Positions 40,290 to 53,269 of a stretch of DNA of 64,000 nt are shown here, piece after piece. The notes beneath the pieces are model-generated. The model was not told where the DNA came from, did no database searches, and worked only from the letters and a program-made list of their open reading frames with translations. The translations under genes were made by a program, and so were the position numbers. How positions within the stretch are numbered: position 1 is the stretch's first letter; each line of letters starts with the position of its first letter. Source of the stretch: Octopus sinensis (Eukaryota); the NCBI RefSeq assembly GCF_006345805.1, contig NC_043005.1, forward strand, positions 37,386,001 through 37,450,000, read 5' to 3'.

Positions 40290-40512
40290 CCCTTCTGCTG
40301 TAGGCACAAGGCCTGAAATTTGAAGGAGGGAGGATTAGTCAATTACATCGACCCCGCCCACTCCCAGTGTTTCATTGGTACTTACTTTATTGACTCCGAA
40401 AGGATGAAAGGCAAAGTCAACCTTGGCAGAATTTGAACTCGGAACATAAAGACAGATGAAATGCTGCTAAACATTTCATCCAGCATGCTAATGATTCTGC
40501 CAGCTCACTACC

Positions 40513-40590
<78 letters not shown>

Positions 40591-41115
40591 GTAATAGATC
40601 TTAACTGATTGGAAGTGTTATCATGTACATTGTTTTGTCTTGGTATAAAAGATGGGCTACAGCAAATATTCTGCTCAACACCACAGATTTGCTTGTCAGT
40701 TGTTTGACCTTAACTAGTTGAGCATGTCCCTTAGTGGCTGACGATATGTGCATCTCTGATCACGAGCAGAAGTAGTGGGGGAGCATCATAGCCATGTGTT
40801 GAGAGGGATTGTTTGGGGTTTGAATAGTTCACCTCTGGAAACATGGGTGGTTCTTTCAACATCCTTAAACAACCCTTATTCAGGGACCGTTTGAGCGGGA
40901 TGGGCTACTCAACCTGAAGAAAATTCTAACTGGGCCCCACCTGCAAGGTCATGTGCTGTTTATCTTGATATGAGATCACCATGTCGCGCACATATGGTTG
41001 TGATGCATGTGCCTGGTGTACCTTTATCAGACGGGTAGTCATGATGGGTATATTGGGCTTCGTATATTTTACCCCAGTGTCACTTTGATGGCATGAACTG
41101 CTCTCTCACTCAATA

Positions 41116-41150
<35 letters not shown>

Positions 41151-41820
41151 AATAATAATAATGATGATAATAATAATAATAATAATAATAATTCTTTCTA
41201 ACATAGGCTCAAGGCCTGAGATTTCAAGTGAGGGATTAGTGAATTACATTGACAACAGTGCTTAAATCGTACTTATTTTATTGACCTAAAAGAAAATGAA
41301 AGGCAAGGATAACCTCAGCAATGTTTGAACTCAGAACATAAAGATCTAAAAGAAATGCCACTCAGCATTTTGTCTGTTGTGCTAACAATGCTGCCGCTTT
41401 CTAATTTTGGTACAAGGTCAGCAATTTTGAAGGAAGTAGATTGGTCAATACTATCAAAATTGATTGATACTTTATTTTATTGGTCTTGAAAGGATGAAAG
41501 GCAAAGCTGACGGACCTCAGTGGAATGTGAACTGCAAATGTAAACAGCTAAAAGAAATGCTCCTAAGTATTTTATCCAATGTTTTAATAATTCTGCCATC
41601 CTTCTGCCTTAATAATAATAATTCTTCCTAAGTTTTTTGCACAAGGCCAACAATTTTGAGGAGTCAGGGCTTGTCAGTTATATCAGACCTAAGACTTGAT
41701 GGGTATTTTGTTTCATCAACCTTCAAAACAATGAAAGACAAAGTTGGCCCAAGCAACATTTGAAATCAAAACACAAAGATCCTGAAGAAATGTCCATTAA
41801 GCATTTTGTTTGTCAAACTA
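40290..41820 (-). repeat. Head-to-tail array of at least four (ATT)n-tailed tRNA-SINEs (minus strand)
   Basis: Copies at ~40290-40515, 41172-41400, 41395-41610 and 41620-41820, mostly separated by (TAA)n. Confidence 0.8.
40597..41111 (+). mobile_element. Same ~550 bp (TAA)n-associated element
   Basis: Flanked by (TAA)n on both sides and ends ...ctctctcactc|aataataa. Reverse complement of the 7150 copy. Confidence 0.75.
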
Positions 41821-41871
41821 ATGCACACCACCTTCATCACATACAGTGTGCTGGTGCACTAAAGAAAAGTA

Positions 41872-42200
41872 AAGTAAAGACCCCCTTCAATCATGAATGA
41901 CCATAGGATTGCACCTAGAAAGTTCCCTTCCAAGGTACAAGTCCAGACAAGGTTGTTTGTGGAAGACCAACAGTTGCCCATGCATACCAGGTTCTCCTCT
42001 CCATGCCACCGATGTTATCCAAGGGACAGGTAAAGGCTGATACAGCTTGGAACCAGTGACATTGCAACACATTTCTATAGCTGAGTGAACTGGAGCAACA
42101 TGAAATATAGTGTCTTGCTCAAGAACACAACACACAGCCCAGCACCTGAATCAAACTCACTACCTCATGATTGTGAGCCCAACACTGAGCCATACACCAA
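41872..42200 (-). mobile_element. Another tRNA-SINE family, (ACTTT)-tailed
   Basis: Reverse complement of 62340-62660; gtaaagtaaag tail; B-box-like gtttgattc. Confidence 0.8.
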
Positions 42201-42650
42201 GTCACTGTAAAGGGTAAAATGATGACAGAAAGAAGCAATAAATAAAGAAAGAGAGCAAGACAAGCAAATGTGCATGCATAGATCCCAAGATAAAACACAA
42301 GAAGAGAGAAAAGGGAACAATAAAAGCCCGCAAAGATGAAAGTGCGGATAAGCATGTCAGATGTAATGTTGGTGAATTACAGGGATAATAGAATATTTAA
42401 GAGGGGAATTGGATGTCACAGCATCTCATTTTTCTTCTAAAAATATTTTTACTTATGTTGATTTAATAAAATAAATTGTTATCTGTGCCATTTTAGCTGC
42501 TTTATAGTCCACTGGGAATAGTAATAAACTAGGGCACACAACCACAGCATTAGTAGTGGAATCATTATACTTATAGGTAGCTGAGCCAGGTAAGTGACCA
42601 CAATTTAAGATGGCACTGATTGTTAATGGTAAATTTCTTATAAGTTCAGA

Positions 42651-42903
42651 TAAGGCGGTGAGCAGAAAAGGTGGTGAGCTGGCAGAATCGTTTGCACGTC
42701 GGGTGAAATGCTTAGCGGTATCTCGTCTATCGCTACGTTCTGAGTTCAAATTCCACGAGATCGACTTTGCCTTTCATTCTTTTGGGGTCGATTGAATAAG
42801 TACCAGTTACACACTGGGGTCGATACAATCGACTTAATCCGTTCGTCTGTCCTTGTTCGTCCCCCTCTGTGTTTAGCCCCTTGTGGGTAGTAGTAAAGAA
42901 ATA
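42651..42903 (+). mobile_element. tRNA-SINE with Meta/MESC-like central domain, 23 bp perfect TSD
   Basis: A box tggcagaatcg, B box gagttcaaattcc, core gactttgcctttcattcttttggggtcgat. TSD ggtaaatttcttataagttcaga at 42628-42650 and 42904-42926. Confidence 0.9.
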
Positions 42904-45343
42904 GGTAAATTTCTTATAAGTTCAGACATGTCTGTGTGATTTAGAATCTTGATTGGCAACCATATGATTTTGGGTTCAGTCCCACTGAAAAGCACCTTGG
43001 ACAAGAGTCTTCTGCAATAGCCTTATACCAACCAATGCCACGTGAGTGAACTTGGTAGAAAGAAAGAAAAGTTGCGAAAGCTTGTCATATATGTGTGTAA
43101 ATGTGTCTTTGTGTCTGTGTCTATTCCTCTGCTTTGCTTGATAACCAATGCTGGTTTGTTTTTGGCCCTATAACTTAGTGGTTCAGTTTAAAAGACCACT
43201 ATGGTAAATACCAGAATTAAAAAGAAAAATAAATATTGGGGTAATTTTTTTCAATTAAAACCCTTCAATGCATTAATCCAGCATGGCTGCAGTACAATGA
43301 CTAAAACAACTAAAAGAAAATAATATAAAACAATTCTGAAGAGTTGTAATTGGTCAAATCGATATTGTGTTAGTATCTCAACTGAAATATACGAGTTTAC
43401 ATACTTTAGCCAAATCTGTGAACTTCTCTTTGTTATCTAGCAGTAGCTGACCATCAATGAAAATGGTTAGATTGGTTGATAGATTGATAACGGGAAGATA
43501 GATAAATAGATAGATAGATAGAAAGATAGATAGATAGAGAGAGAGAGAGAGAGGCAAACAGACAGAGACAAAGATAGAGACAGAGAATAGAAAAAGGTGT
43601 GGGGCAAAACCCCAAATAAATCGGAAATTGAGAGAAATTCAATAGTTTACATTGCTAAGATCAAACCATTTCATAAAAGAAATGAATGATAAAATGTCAT
43701 TCTCCTGAAATAAGAAATAATCAGTCCTTGTTCAGTATAATCAGCTGAATAGCAATAAATATCTGTATGATTATTATTCTGAGCTGTCATTATCTCTGAA
43801 TTTCAGATTTTTAAATTTGCATTAACATATTCTTGCAAATGGATTAGAAGTGAGGATGTTATGACATCCACTTGAGGCTATTTCTCAGTTCACATGTCTA
43901 AGAGTGAAAAGAAAAAAACACCATAAAATTTTCATAGGACCATTCGTAATTTAATGTTAAAATGTCATTTTAACAACAGAGGGGGTTATAATGAAACTTC
44001 TTTTTCGTGGTAATGCTTTAATAGCTGATAAGAAGAAAATCTCTTTGTAGTTAGTGGTGTGATCATACTTGAATAATAGGAAGGAGAGAATCTCTAAATA
44101 TATTTGCAAGCTAACTTACATACTGGCCCTGATAACCTTGTTTGTGATAAGAGTTGTAAGAAAATAGCATAAAGGCAAGTGGAGAGAGGGCAGGAGCAGA
44201 AAGGAAGGAAAAAAAAAATAGAGAAATGTAAAAGAAAAACCTTTTCTTTCGACCAGAAAGGCAACTTCACTGTTATAAGCATTTTTCTTCATCTCTGATA
44301 CTTTAATCTTCAGTTGCTCAGCTTAGGCTGATTGACCCTCTGAAGAATGTGAGATGATGATAATAGGTTTAATTTTCTTTATATTTGGAATTCATAACAC
44401 AGGCAGGTGATATGAACAAAGAAATAGAAGCAAAAGGCCATCGTCCTATAGTTGTGGCTTCAAAGATTATTAAAAGTATGCGTCCTTCTCATTTGATTTC
44501 TGTCAAGGAGTTTCTAAATAAAGAGGATAGAGATTCTTTGTCTAAACTGCAATCTGGAATATAAATTCAATCAAAAATTGGAATAGCTTTTCATAGCTAC
44601 TATCAGTCAAAAGTGTCACAAGCTGTATATAGTGAAGAATATGTCCAATTCTCTTCAAAAATTTCACATGTGGTAGTGAAAAATCTAGTGACCTGGAGAT
44701 TAATCAATTTGGATTATATTCTCAAGTATTACAACAAAAGAAATTGGTCCATTTTGGCACTTAATATCTAGAAGCACATATTAGTTTCTTTTCACTACTT
44801 TCACCCATTGAATCAAAATGTATCTGGACAGTCAGAGTATATATTTTCAGTTACCATATTTTCAATTAATCATCTTGTCATTTTAGCAGCTACAATTAAT
44901 GCCTATATACTGCTCACCACAATAACACTCAGCCCATACGTTAGTATATACTGCAGTGTATAATAATAAGGCATACTGAACAGTTTAGAGCAGATGATAT
45001 ATAACTACACATATAGACAAAGCTGTAAGGTTATGAGCCTTGCTTTCTAACTAAGTGGTCTTAGGTTCAACTTCAATGTGTCGCACCTTGAGCAATTATC
45101 TTCTACTATAATCTGGGCTAACTAAAGCCTTTTGAATGAATTTGGTAGACAGAAAGTGGAAGAGGCCTGTCATATATTTATATGTGTATACATATACATA
45201 AATATATATATATGTTCTTCATCTCCATGTAAGAACATGTCTGGTAATGGGAAAATATTACCTTACTTGGAAACAGGAGAGTGATGGTGACAGAAAAATC
45301 TGCCTGCTTCAGGCAAGCAGAGAAAAGTTAAATGATGATGATG

Positions 45344-45584
<241 letters not shown>

Positions 45585-46222
45585 GTAGATAGATGACATG
45601 ATCGTGTAACTGACCAGACTATCAGATCTTGTTACAAGCCACTGGTCACAATGCGCTTTTTGCATCATTTTAGTTTTCAAGAGATGCCATCCTATTGGTT
45701 AGGTGGGCAGGTCAACATTACTCCCAATTGAAAGGGGGACTTCAGCAACATGATAAATATTTTGCTCATGAACACAATGCATTGCCAGTCTGGGAATCAA
45801 ACCCATGATCTAATGATTGAAGAGTGCTACACTCTAACCACTAGGTCACACACCTTTACTATGTGTGTGTGTGTGTGTGTAACACACATCACTACACAAA
45901 ATGATGCACTAGGTTACTTATACACACATACACACACAAAGACCACATAATCTTAAGCTCACCCACACAAACATGCACTCACCCCCATTCACACACACAC
46001 CATTCTCATATACACACATGCGCTTGTGCACTGTAGTTCAACTGGTTCACTGTTATTGTCTTCTTTTCACTCAGCCACTTTGTTCTGATCATTTTATGTT
46101 GAATTGTTAATCCCTACAGATTTTCTCTCCCTCCTCTTTTTTTGTTCTTCATTTATTTTCCTCTCAATCCTTTCTCTCAAAGTGCACAGGCTTGAAACAT
46201 CAAAGACTTTTCACTTCTTCTT

Positions 46223-47562
46223 CAGTGTCAAACCTGCTTGTTATTTCCTTACCTGCTTCCATCATTTTTTATGCAAATTTGAAGACAGAAGTAAATAGAC
46301 ACCCTTATAATCATTAAAATTTATTCAAATCTGAAATTATACATTCAAATTATTTGTTAATTATTATAATGTGAATATCTAATACTTAGTAGACATACAT
46401 GCCCTTTGCATTTTCCAGTGCAAGAACCCTATTAGGCATGCTACTGATCAGATGACGAATATTCTATTAAGGAATTTCTTGCCAAGTTGCATGCAGTAAT
46501 CTCAAAACAATCTGGATTTGAGGATGCTTTCTTTTTCTGTTTATGAAGTGCCCTGTCCACTTATGCCCCTGAGGTGTTCAATAAGGTTCGTATCTGGTGA
46601 CTGGCTTGGTCTTGGAAGCTTTCTAATGCCATTCTCTTCTAACCAATCTTGAGTCTTTTTGGCTGTATGACAAATAGATAGTTTTCTTTAATCATTTCAT
46701 CACTGGAAAAGATTGGAAGAAGTCCTTTCTGCAATATGGACACATATTTATCTGAGTTTATCTTTCCCTCACACTCCACCGGCTCTGATTGACTATTGCT
46801 CCAAATTTCTCCCTAGACTATCACAGAATAGCCAACATGTTTCATTGTTGGCTGCAACCTTTTTGTGTCAATTTCTTGATCACAGTCTCCAGACCCACAT
46901 TCGACCACTGTCAGAAAATATAGCAAATCTGGACTCATCAGAGAATATGACATTGTCCCAAAATGCTAGTGACCTCTCTGCCAGCTCACTGGCCCATTCT
47001 TTTCTCTGCTTTTTATTTGCTGTTTGAAGAAGTGGTTTCCTTCTTGCTGCTCTGCCATAGTAGCTATGTTTGTAGAGATACCTGACAGCTGTTCTGGAAC
47101 TGACATCAACATGTTTTGCTATGTCAGAGGCCTTGCAATGATTATAATCCTCCACACTTCTCTTAACAAAGTAAAGGATCCTGCCTTAGTCGACCTGGGC
47201 AAGGTGATGTGGACTCCTTCCCCTCTCTTGTGAATTCCACAATCACTCTATTAACTGTAGAAAGTGGGATCCCATTGTGTTTTGCAATTTTACATTGACT
47301 AAGTCCACCTTCAGATTAATCCACAATATGGCCTCTTTAAAATTCAGACAGTTCCAAGGCTTCTTTTGTATATGGCATGATTAAACAGTCACCTATAGAA
47401 CCTGAAACATAAAAATGTCAACTAATAAAAAATATAAACGTTTCCAAGTTAAGACAAACATAAAACGATGTTTAACGGGGTGGCTATTTACTTCTTTCGT
47501 GTCTGTGTGTATACACACACACACACATAAATGTCAAGCAACAAGAATGAGGTTCAACACTG
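46223..47562 (-). mobile_element. Decayed Tc1/mariner DNA transposon (Tc1-type transposase remnant ~46386-47378)
   Basis: Minus strand gives [30 protein letters not shown] (HTH), YYGRAARRKPLL, WDNVIFSDESRF (first D), CHTAKKTQDWLEENG, PSQSPDTNLIEHL (E) and ..MPNRVLALENAKG. The second catalytic D segment is deleted, with stops and frameshifts. Possible decayed TIRs cagtgtcaaacct (46223) and aggttcaacactg (47550-47562). Confidence 0.9.
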
Positions 47563-47792
47563 CATTGGTGGATAAAATTTCTTTATTTGTGTATTAAGAC
47601 TTTTTATTTATTCGTGTTTAAAAAAAATATCTGAATGTCTTAGCAATTTCTCAAGCTGATCACATGGAGGACTGGTGTTTCTATCCAAAATAGAGACGAA
47701 CACCATTCCTCCATGTGATTGGCTTGAACAGTTAAGATATTAAGATATTTTCTTAACATGAAACCAATGGTAGCCTTAACACACAAATAAAG

Positions 47793-47837
<45 letters not shown>

Positions 47838-47856
47838 CTTGAGTATACAGTTATTA

Positions 47857-48283
47857 TGGAGTGGCTGTGTGGTAAGTAGCTTGTTTACCAACCACATGGT
47901 TCCAGGTTCAGTCCCACTGTGTGGCACCTTGAGCAAGTGTCTTCTACTGTAGCCTCGGGCCGACCAAAGCCTTGTGAGTGGATTTGGTAGACGGAAACTG
48001 AAAGAAACCCTTTGTATATATATATATATATATATGTGTGCATGTATGTTTGTGTGTCTGTGTTAGTCCCATCCAACATCGCTTGAGAACCGATGCTGGT
48101 GTGTTTATGTCTCCGTCACTTAGCAGTTCGGCAAAAGAGACCGATAGAATAAGTACTGGGCTTACAAAGAATAAGTACTGGGCTTACAAAGAATAAGTCC
48201 CGGGATCGAGTTGCTCGATTAAAGGCGGTGCTCCAGCATGGCTGCAGTCAAATGACTGAAACAAGTGAAAGAGAGTAAAAGAG
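47857..48283 (+). mobile_element. Same SINE family, full copy with internal 22 bp tandem duplication
   Basis: Near-identical to 36694; aataagtactgggcttacaaag repeated at ~48149-48192. Confidence 0.9.
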
Positions 48284-50536
48284 TTAAGTGTACAACTACT
48301 ACTATATGAGTTAGAGCTCAATGTACATCTCTGTAACAGAATACTATAAAGTGTTCCCCTGATTATCCATCACAGTTAGGCATCCAAATGCACTTGGAAC
48401 ATCCAGTGCCAAGTTCGAAATAACTGCAATGGTGAAATGTAGCAAGGAACCAATGATTTATACTTATGGTTATCTTGTGATATGTGTGTGTGTGTGTGTG
48501 TGAAAGAGAAAGAGAGAGATTCAGTGGTTTAAGATTTAAGAGATTGGAAGGTGACCATATTGCCACAGTCCAAATATTTGAACTTGTCTTGATTTTGATC
48601 CACAGATAAAACCTTCAATCGTTTGACATTTCACTGCTACTTCACGGTTGAGTTGGTAGCAAATGGAAAAGCATCCAACTGTAAAAATAATGGCTTGATC
48701 AAAATTATCACACTTAATAATTAACTTGATGCACTGGGAATGATCTAATGAACTATACACCATCCTCATCAATGTTGCCATTATTATCAACATTGTTGTT
48801 GTCATTATTGTCATCATCATATGAACAGCACTTCATTATCATTATCATCATCATCATCATTGAAGTGCTAACAATTCAATTTTCTTCAAGTTGAAAGAGG
48901 TTGGATGGGTTGGGTACACAGAATATCATCACTCTCTTACAAATATCAGGTGTTGTCAAAACAAAGAGATACAAACACACGCACACACAAACATGCGCCC
49001 CATGAATATATGTGTGTGTGTGACTGACTTCTTTCAGCTTCTGTATATAAGATCTGCTCTCCAACTCCAGTCAACCCAGGGCTGTAGTAGAAGATACTCA
49101 AAGCACTGCACTGTGCAACTACATGAGTTGGGAAGCAAACTTCTTAACCACATAGCTATGCCTGCCCCTCCTACACACACATATGCACATACACACATGC
49201 ACACACGCCCACACACATGTATGTATCATCAGCATCATCATTAAATGTCTGTTTTCCTTGGTGGCATGGGTTAGGCCGCTTGACAGGAACTAACAAGTGA
49301 AAAGACTGCATCCATCATGCTCCAGTGTCTCTTTTGGGCACAGTTTCTACAGCGTGATGCCCTTCCTAATGCTAAACACTTTACAGAATGTACTCTGTGC
49401 ATTTTATATGGCACCAGCTGCAGTGAGGTCAAAGCATGGAAGAAGCTGTTGAGTGCTACAGGTGTTTCAGAAGATGCACTGTTTTTTGCATCATTCATTG
49501 CAGATGTCAGATAATTTTAAACTGAATGGTCACATTTACCTGGCAAGAAAGGATACCATATTGTTACTAAACAATCATAATGTTATGTAATAGACACCTG
49601 GTGTCTCTTTTGAAACAGCTGTAGTAGTTGAATACTTCTTCTTTTCAATTATTTACAGATGTCATTATCTTATAAATAGCAGTATTTGTTGCTTTCAAAC
49701 TGGAGTTGCATAGCTTATGTTTGCTCATTGGAATTTTATCATTTAATATCAGTGTGGGACAAAATGTTTTTGATACATTCATTAATAAATTTCATTAATC
49801 AATTATCAAGTCATTTGCATTTCTATACAAGCTTTATTTATGCTAGAGTCTAACCAAATGCATTTACCATGACCTCTTGACTATGATCTGACAGATGGTC
49901 AGATTTTGAATCCAACAAACAACTATACTCAGAAACAAGGATGCATCCTGTTACTTGTATGTTCCAGGAGTATCAGCTTAGACTCTTTCATCATGTTGTT
50001 TGATTTTCCAAGTTGCATATTGATAACTGTGTTCTCTTCTCATCTCTAAGGATCTGGTTAGGGTGATGGCTCATGTTGATCAACTACATGCCTCATGATC
50101 ACAGCAGATGAGAAAGTATTTCATGGAGATGAGAACTAACTGGGTCACTGCTTGCAGGGTTGCCCCAAGCAGATACCAGTAAATGGTGAATGCAGCAACA
50201 TGCTGCAATGGTTCATGCCCCACCATACCTGACCTGACTTGACCGATCCTCATACATATTATTATTATTATATTATTATTATTATTATTATTATTATAAT
50301 TATCAATAAGGTGGTGAGCTGGCAGCATCGTTAGCACACTGGGCGAAATACTTAGCAGTATTTTGTCTGCCACTACGTTCAAATTCTGCCAAGGTTGACT
50401 TTGCTTTTCATCCCTTCAAGGTCAATGAATTAAGTACCAGTGAAATACTGGGCTCGATGTAATTGACTATCCCACTTCCCCAAATTTCAGGCCTTGAGCC
50501 TAGAGTAGAAAGCATTATATATATATATATATATAG

Positions 50537-51086
50537 GTGCAAGCATAGCTGTGTGTTAAGAAGCTTGCTTCCCAACCACATGGTACTGGGTTCAGTCTCA
50601 CTGCATGGCATCTTGGCATGTCTTCTGCTATGGCCTCAGGCCAACCAAATCTTTGCGAGTGGATTTGGTAGACAAACACATACAAACATACACACATAGA
50701 TATATGTGTGTGTTTGTATGTGTGTGTGTGGTGTGGTGTCTTTGTGTTTCCACCCCATCACTGCTTGACAACCGGTGTTGGTGTATCTATGTCCCTGTAA
50801 CTTAGCGCTTCAGGAAAAGAGACCAGTAGAATAAGTACCACTCTAAAAAAAAAATAAGAAAAATAAGTACTGCGGTTGATTCATTCAACTAAAACTTTTT
50901 CAAGGCAGTGTCCCAGCATAGCCACAGTTTAATTGCTGATGCAAGTAAAAGATAAATGATACATAGCTATATTTTGGGATGGTCATTTTTCTTTTTTACC
51001 CAAATAAACACCCACACAGTATTTGTTTCACACACAAATTCACATCAGGAATCTTGCAAAACAAATTTATAAACATAAAAGCTAAG

Positions 51087-51118
<32 letters not shown>

Positions 51119-51545
51119 TGTATATAGCACAGGGATGGCAGTGTGGCAAGAAGCTTGCTTCCCAACTGCATAGTTCTGTATTCAGTCCCACTGCATGACA
51201 CCTTTGGCAAGTGTCTTCTACTATAGCCTCAGGCTGACCAAAGCCTTGTGAGTGGATTTGGTAGACATTGTATATATATTTATGTGGATTTGTAGACATT
51301 GTATATATATCTATGTATGCATGTATTTACGTGTGTATGTCTGTGCTTGTCTTCCCTGCCATCACTTGACAACCGATGCTGGTATGTTTATGCCCCTGTA
51401 ACTTAGCAGTTTGGCCAAAGTGACCAATAGAATAAGAACTAGGCTTTGAAAGAATAAGTCCTGGGGTCAATTTTTTTCAACTAAATCCATTTAAGGCAGT
51501 GCTCCAGCATGGCCACAGTCAAATGACTGAAACAAGTAAAAGAAT
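50537..51545 (+). mobile_element. Two further copies of the internal-microsatellite SINE (50537-50953, 51128-51545)
   Basis: Both show the head, the gtggatttggtagac core and the tail. Confidence 0.8.
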
Positions 51546-51602
51546 AAAAGTATATATTTATATGTTTTAATGGACGTCTTTCTAGCATGACAGATAACCA
51601 TC

Positions 51603-51635
<33 letters not shown>

Positions 51636-52263
51636 AATTATTAAATAACAAGAGAAGAATAAAATATGCATGGGATGAAATATTTAAACTAATTCCTCTT
51701 GTTATTCTCTTCTTATTTAATCATACGTACTCTATGATTATTATAACCTGAGCACGTGTACCATATGATTATCCAGGCAGCAACATGAATCCATCCTCTT
51801 GCTGAAAATATTGGAGTGCAGTAGAGCATATAGAGTTGTAAATAATGGTTATATGTCATGCTCTCATGCTCTATAGAGGTACATTAATAACATATGCATC
51901 ACTTGCAAAATTTTCACTCATGATCCCATGGACTTTATTTGCCTATCTAGTTTGAGTCAAAACAAAAGGACCTCTTGAATTCTCTTCTATTTTACGAACA
52001 ACATTACTGTGTGATTTTCCTAGATTTTTACCTGTCTATGCTGAATCTCTATGAACTTTTACCCTCTGGATTTTCTTGGATTCCTGAGATATTTATATAG
52101 TTTTGTTCACTTCTGTATAAATATGTTATGATTGACTTGATGTCTTGCAACTACCTGTTCATATTCTATTTTATTATACTTGTATGTTTCAGAAGTTTGC
52201 ACTCCGACTGAATTGGTTCAGGTTCAGTCACACTGCTCAGTACATTGAACAAGTTTCTCATTA

Positions 52264-52842
52264 TTATAAGCTGACAAAGTGAGTTGAGTTTAACCCTAGG
52301 TGTGGTAAGAATCACCAATGAGAATTAAAATGCTCTGCATCAAAATTCGAAATCACTGGTGATATGGCCATGTCTGAAAAGGGAGCTTGTCTCCCTTCTC
52401 ACTCACTGAGATAGCTCTCTTTTGGCTGAGGAGTCGGTTTTGTCTCTTATTTCTAGCAATGCTGGTACCTCTTAGTACCCTCTGTCACTTTAGTAACATC
52501 TGTAAAATTGCTTTTAAATTGTTAAATCGCTTATAAACTACCCATATTATTTATAATTTTCACTTTTACTATTTTCAAAATCAGCACATAAGTTCAACGA
52601 TTTTCTTATAAGCTGACAAGGTGAATTGAATTTAACCTCAGGCACAGTAAGAGCCATGGATGAGAATTAAGATGCTCTGCATCAAAATTCAAAATCACCA
52701 GTAGTATGGCTATGCATGAAGAGGGAGCTTGTCTCCTTTGTCAGTCATTAAGATAATGCTCTTTTGGCTAGTGAGTCTGTTTTCATTCTTATTTCTAGCA
52801 ATGTGAGTACTGCTTTGTTAGTACCCTCTGTTACTTTAGTGA
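52264..52842 (+). repeat. Old direct duplication of a ~235 bp unit (52264-52496 and 52606-52842; period 342 bp)
   Basis: Shared anchors ttataagctgacaa, atgagaattaa.atgctctgcatcaaaattc.aaatcac, gggagcttgtctcc, cttatttctagcaatg and ttagtaccctctgt.actttagt. Confidence 0.85.
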
Positions 52843-53118
52843 TCTCTCTGTCTCTCTTTTTCTTTTCCTCTCTCTCTCTTTCTTTCCCTCTCTCTCTCTA
52901 TATATATATATATCATCATCATCATCATCATCGTTTAACGTCCGCTTTCCATGCTAGCATGGGTTGGACGGTTCAACTGGGGTCTGGGGAGCCCGAAGGC
53001 TGCACCAGGCCAGTCAGATCTGGCAGGTAAAAACGGTAAGATAACAAAAGAAAGAAAGAGACCTCAATAGTTATGTAAATAGAGGAATTTATCTGTAAAA
53101 TATGTGACAATTATTCAG

Positions 53119-53192
53119 TAGCCAAAATAAAACTCTGAGTTTCGAATGCCGAGGTGGAAATCCACACCACCATCTCTTCAGTTATCCGGCCA
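53119..53192 (-). ncRNA. Type I hammerhead ribozyme motif on the opposite strand, with longer stem II
   Basis: Reverse complement reads ggataa CTGAAGA gatg..gtgg-attt-ccac..cattc GAA ACTC-a-GAGT T ttattt. Core boxes are intact; stem I uses G.U pairs. Confidence 0.6.
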
Positions 53193-53214
53193 TCTGAAAA
53201 ACGCGTTTTTCAGA

Positions 53215-53269
53215 TGGCCAGATAACTGAAGAGATGGTGCATCCGAAACTCAGAGTTTTATCTTGGCTA
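53215..53269 (+). ncRNA. Type I minimal hammerhead ribozyme motif (Penelope-like)
   Basis: Stem I agataa/ttatct (extendable); CTGAAGA 53226-32; stem II GATG-gtg-CAT(C)C; GAA; stem III ACTC-a-GAGT; H17=U, giving GUU cleavage after 53257. Confidence 0.7.

Noticed and set aside
48536-48692. Minus-strand terminal-exon candidate VGCFSICYQLNREVAVK..
   Set aside because: The acceptor region (ttttacagttggatgc) matches the decayed ctacagctggatgcccttcc retroposon motif.
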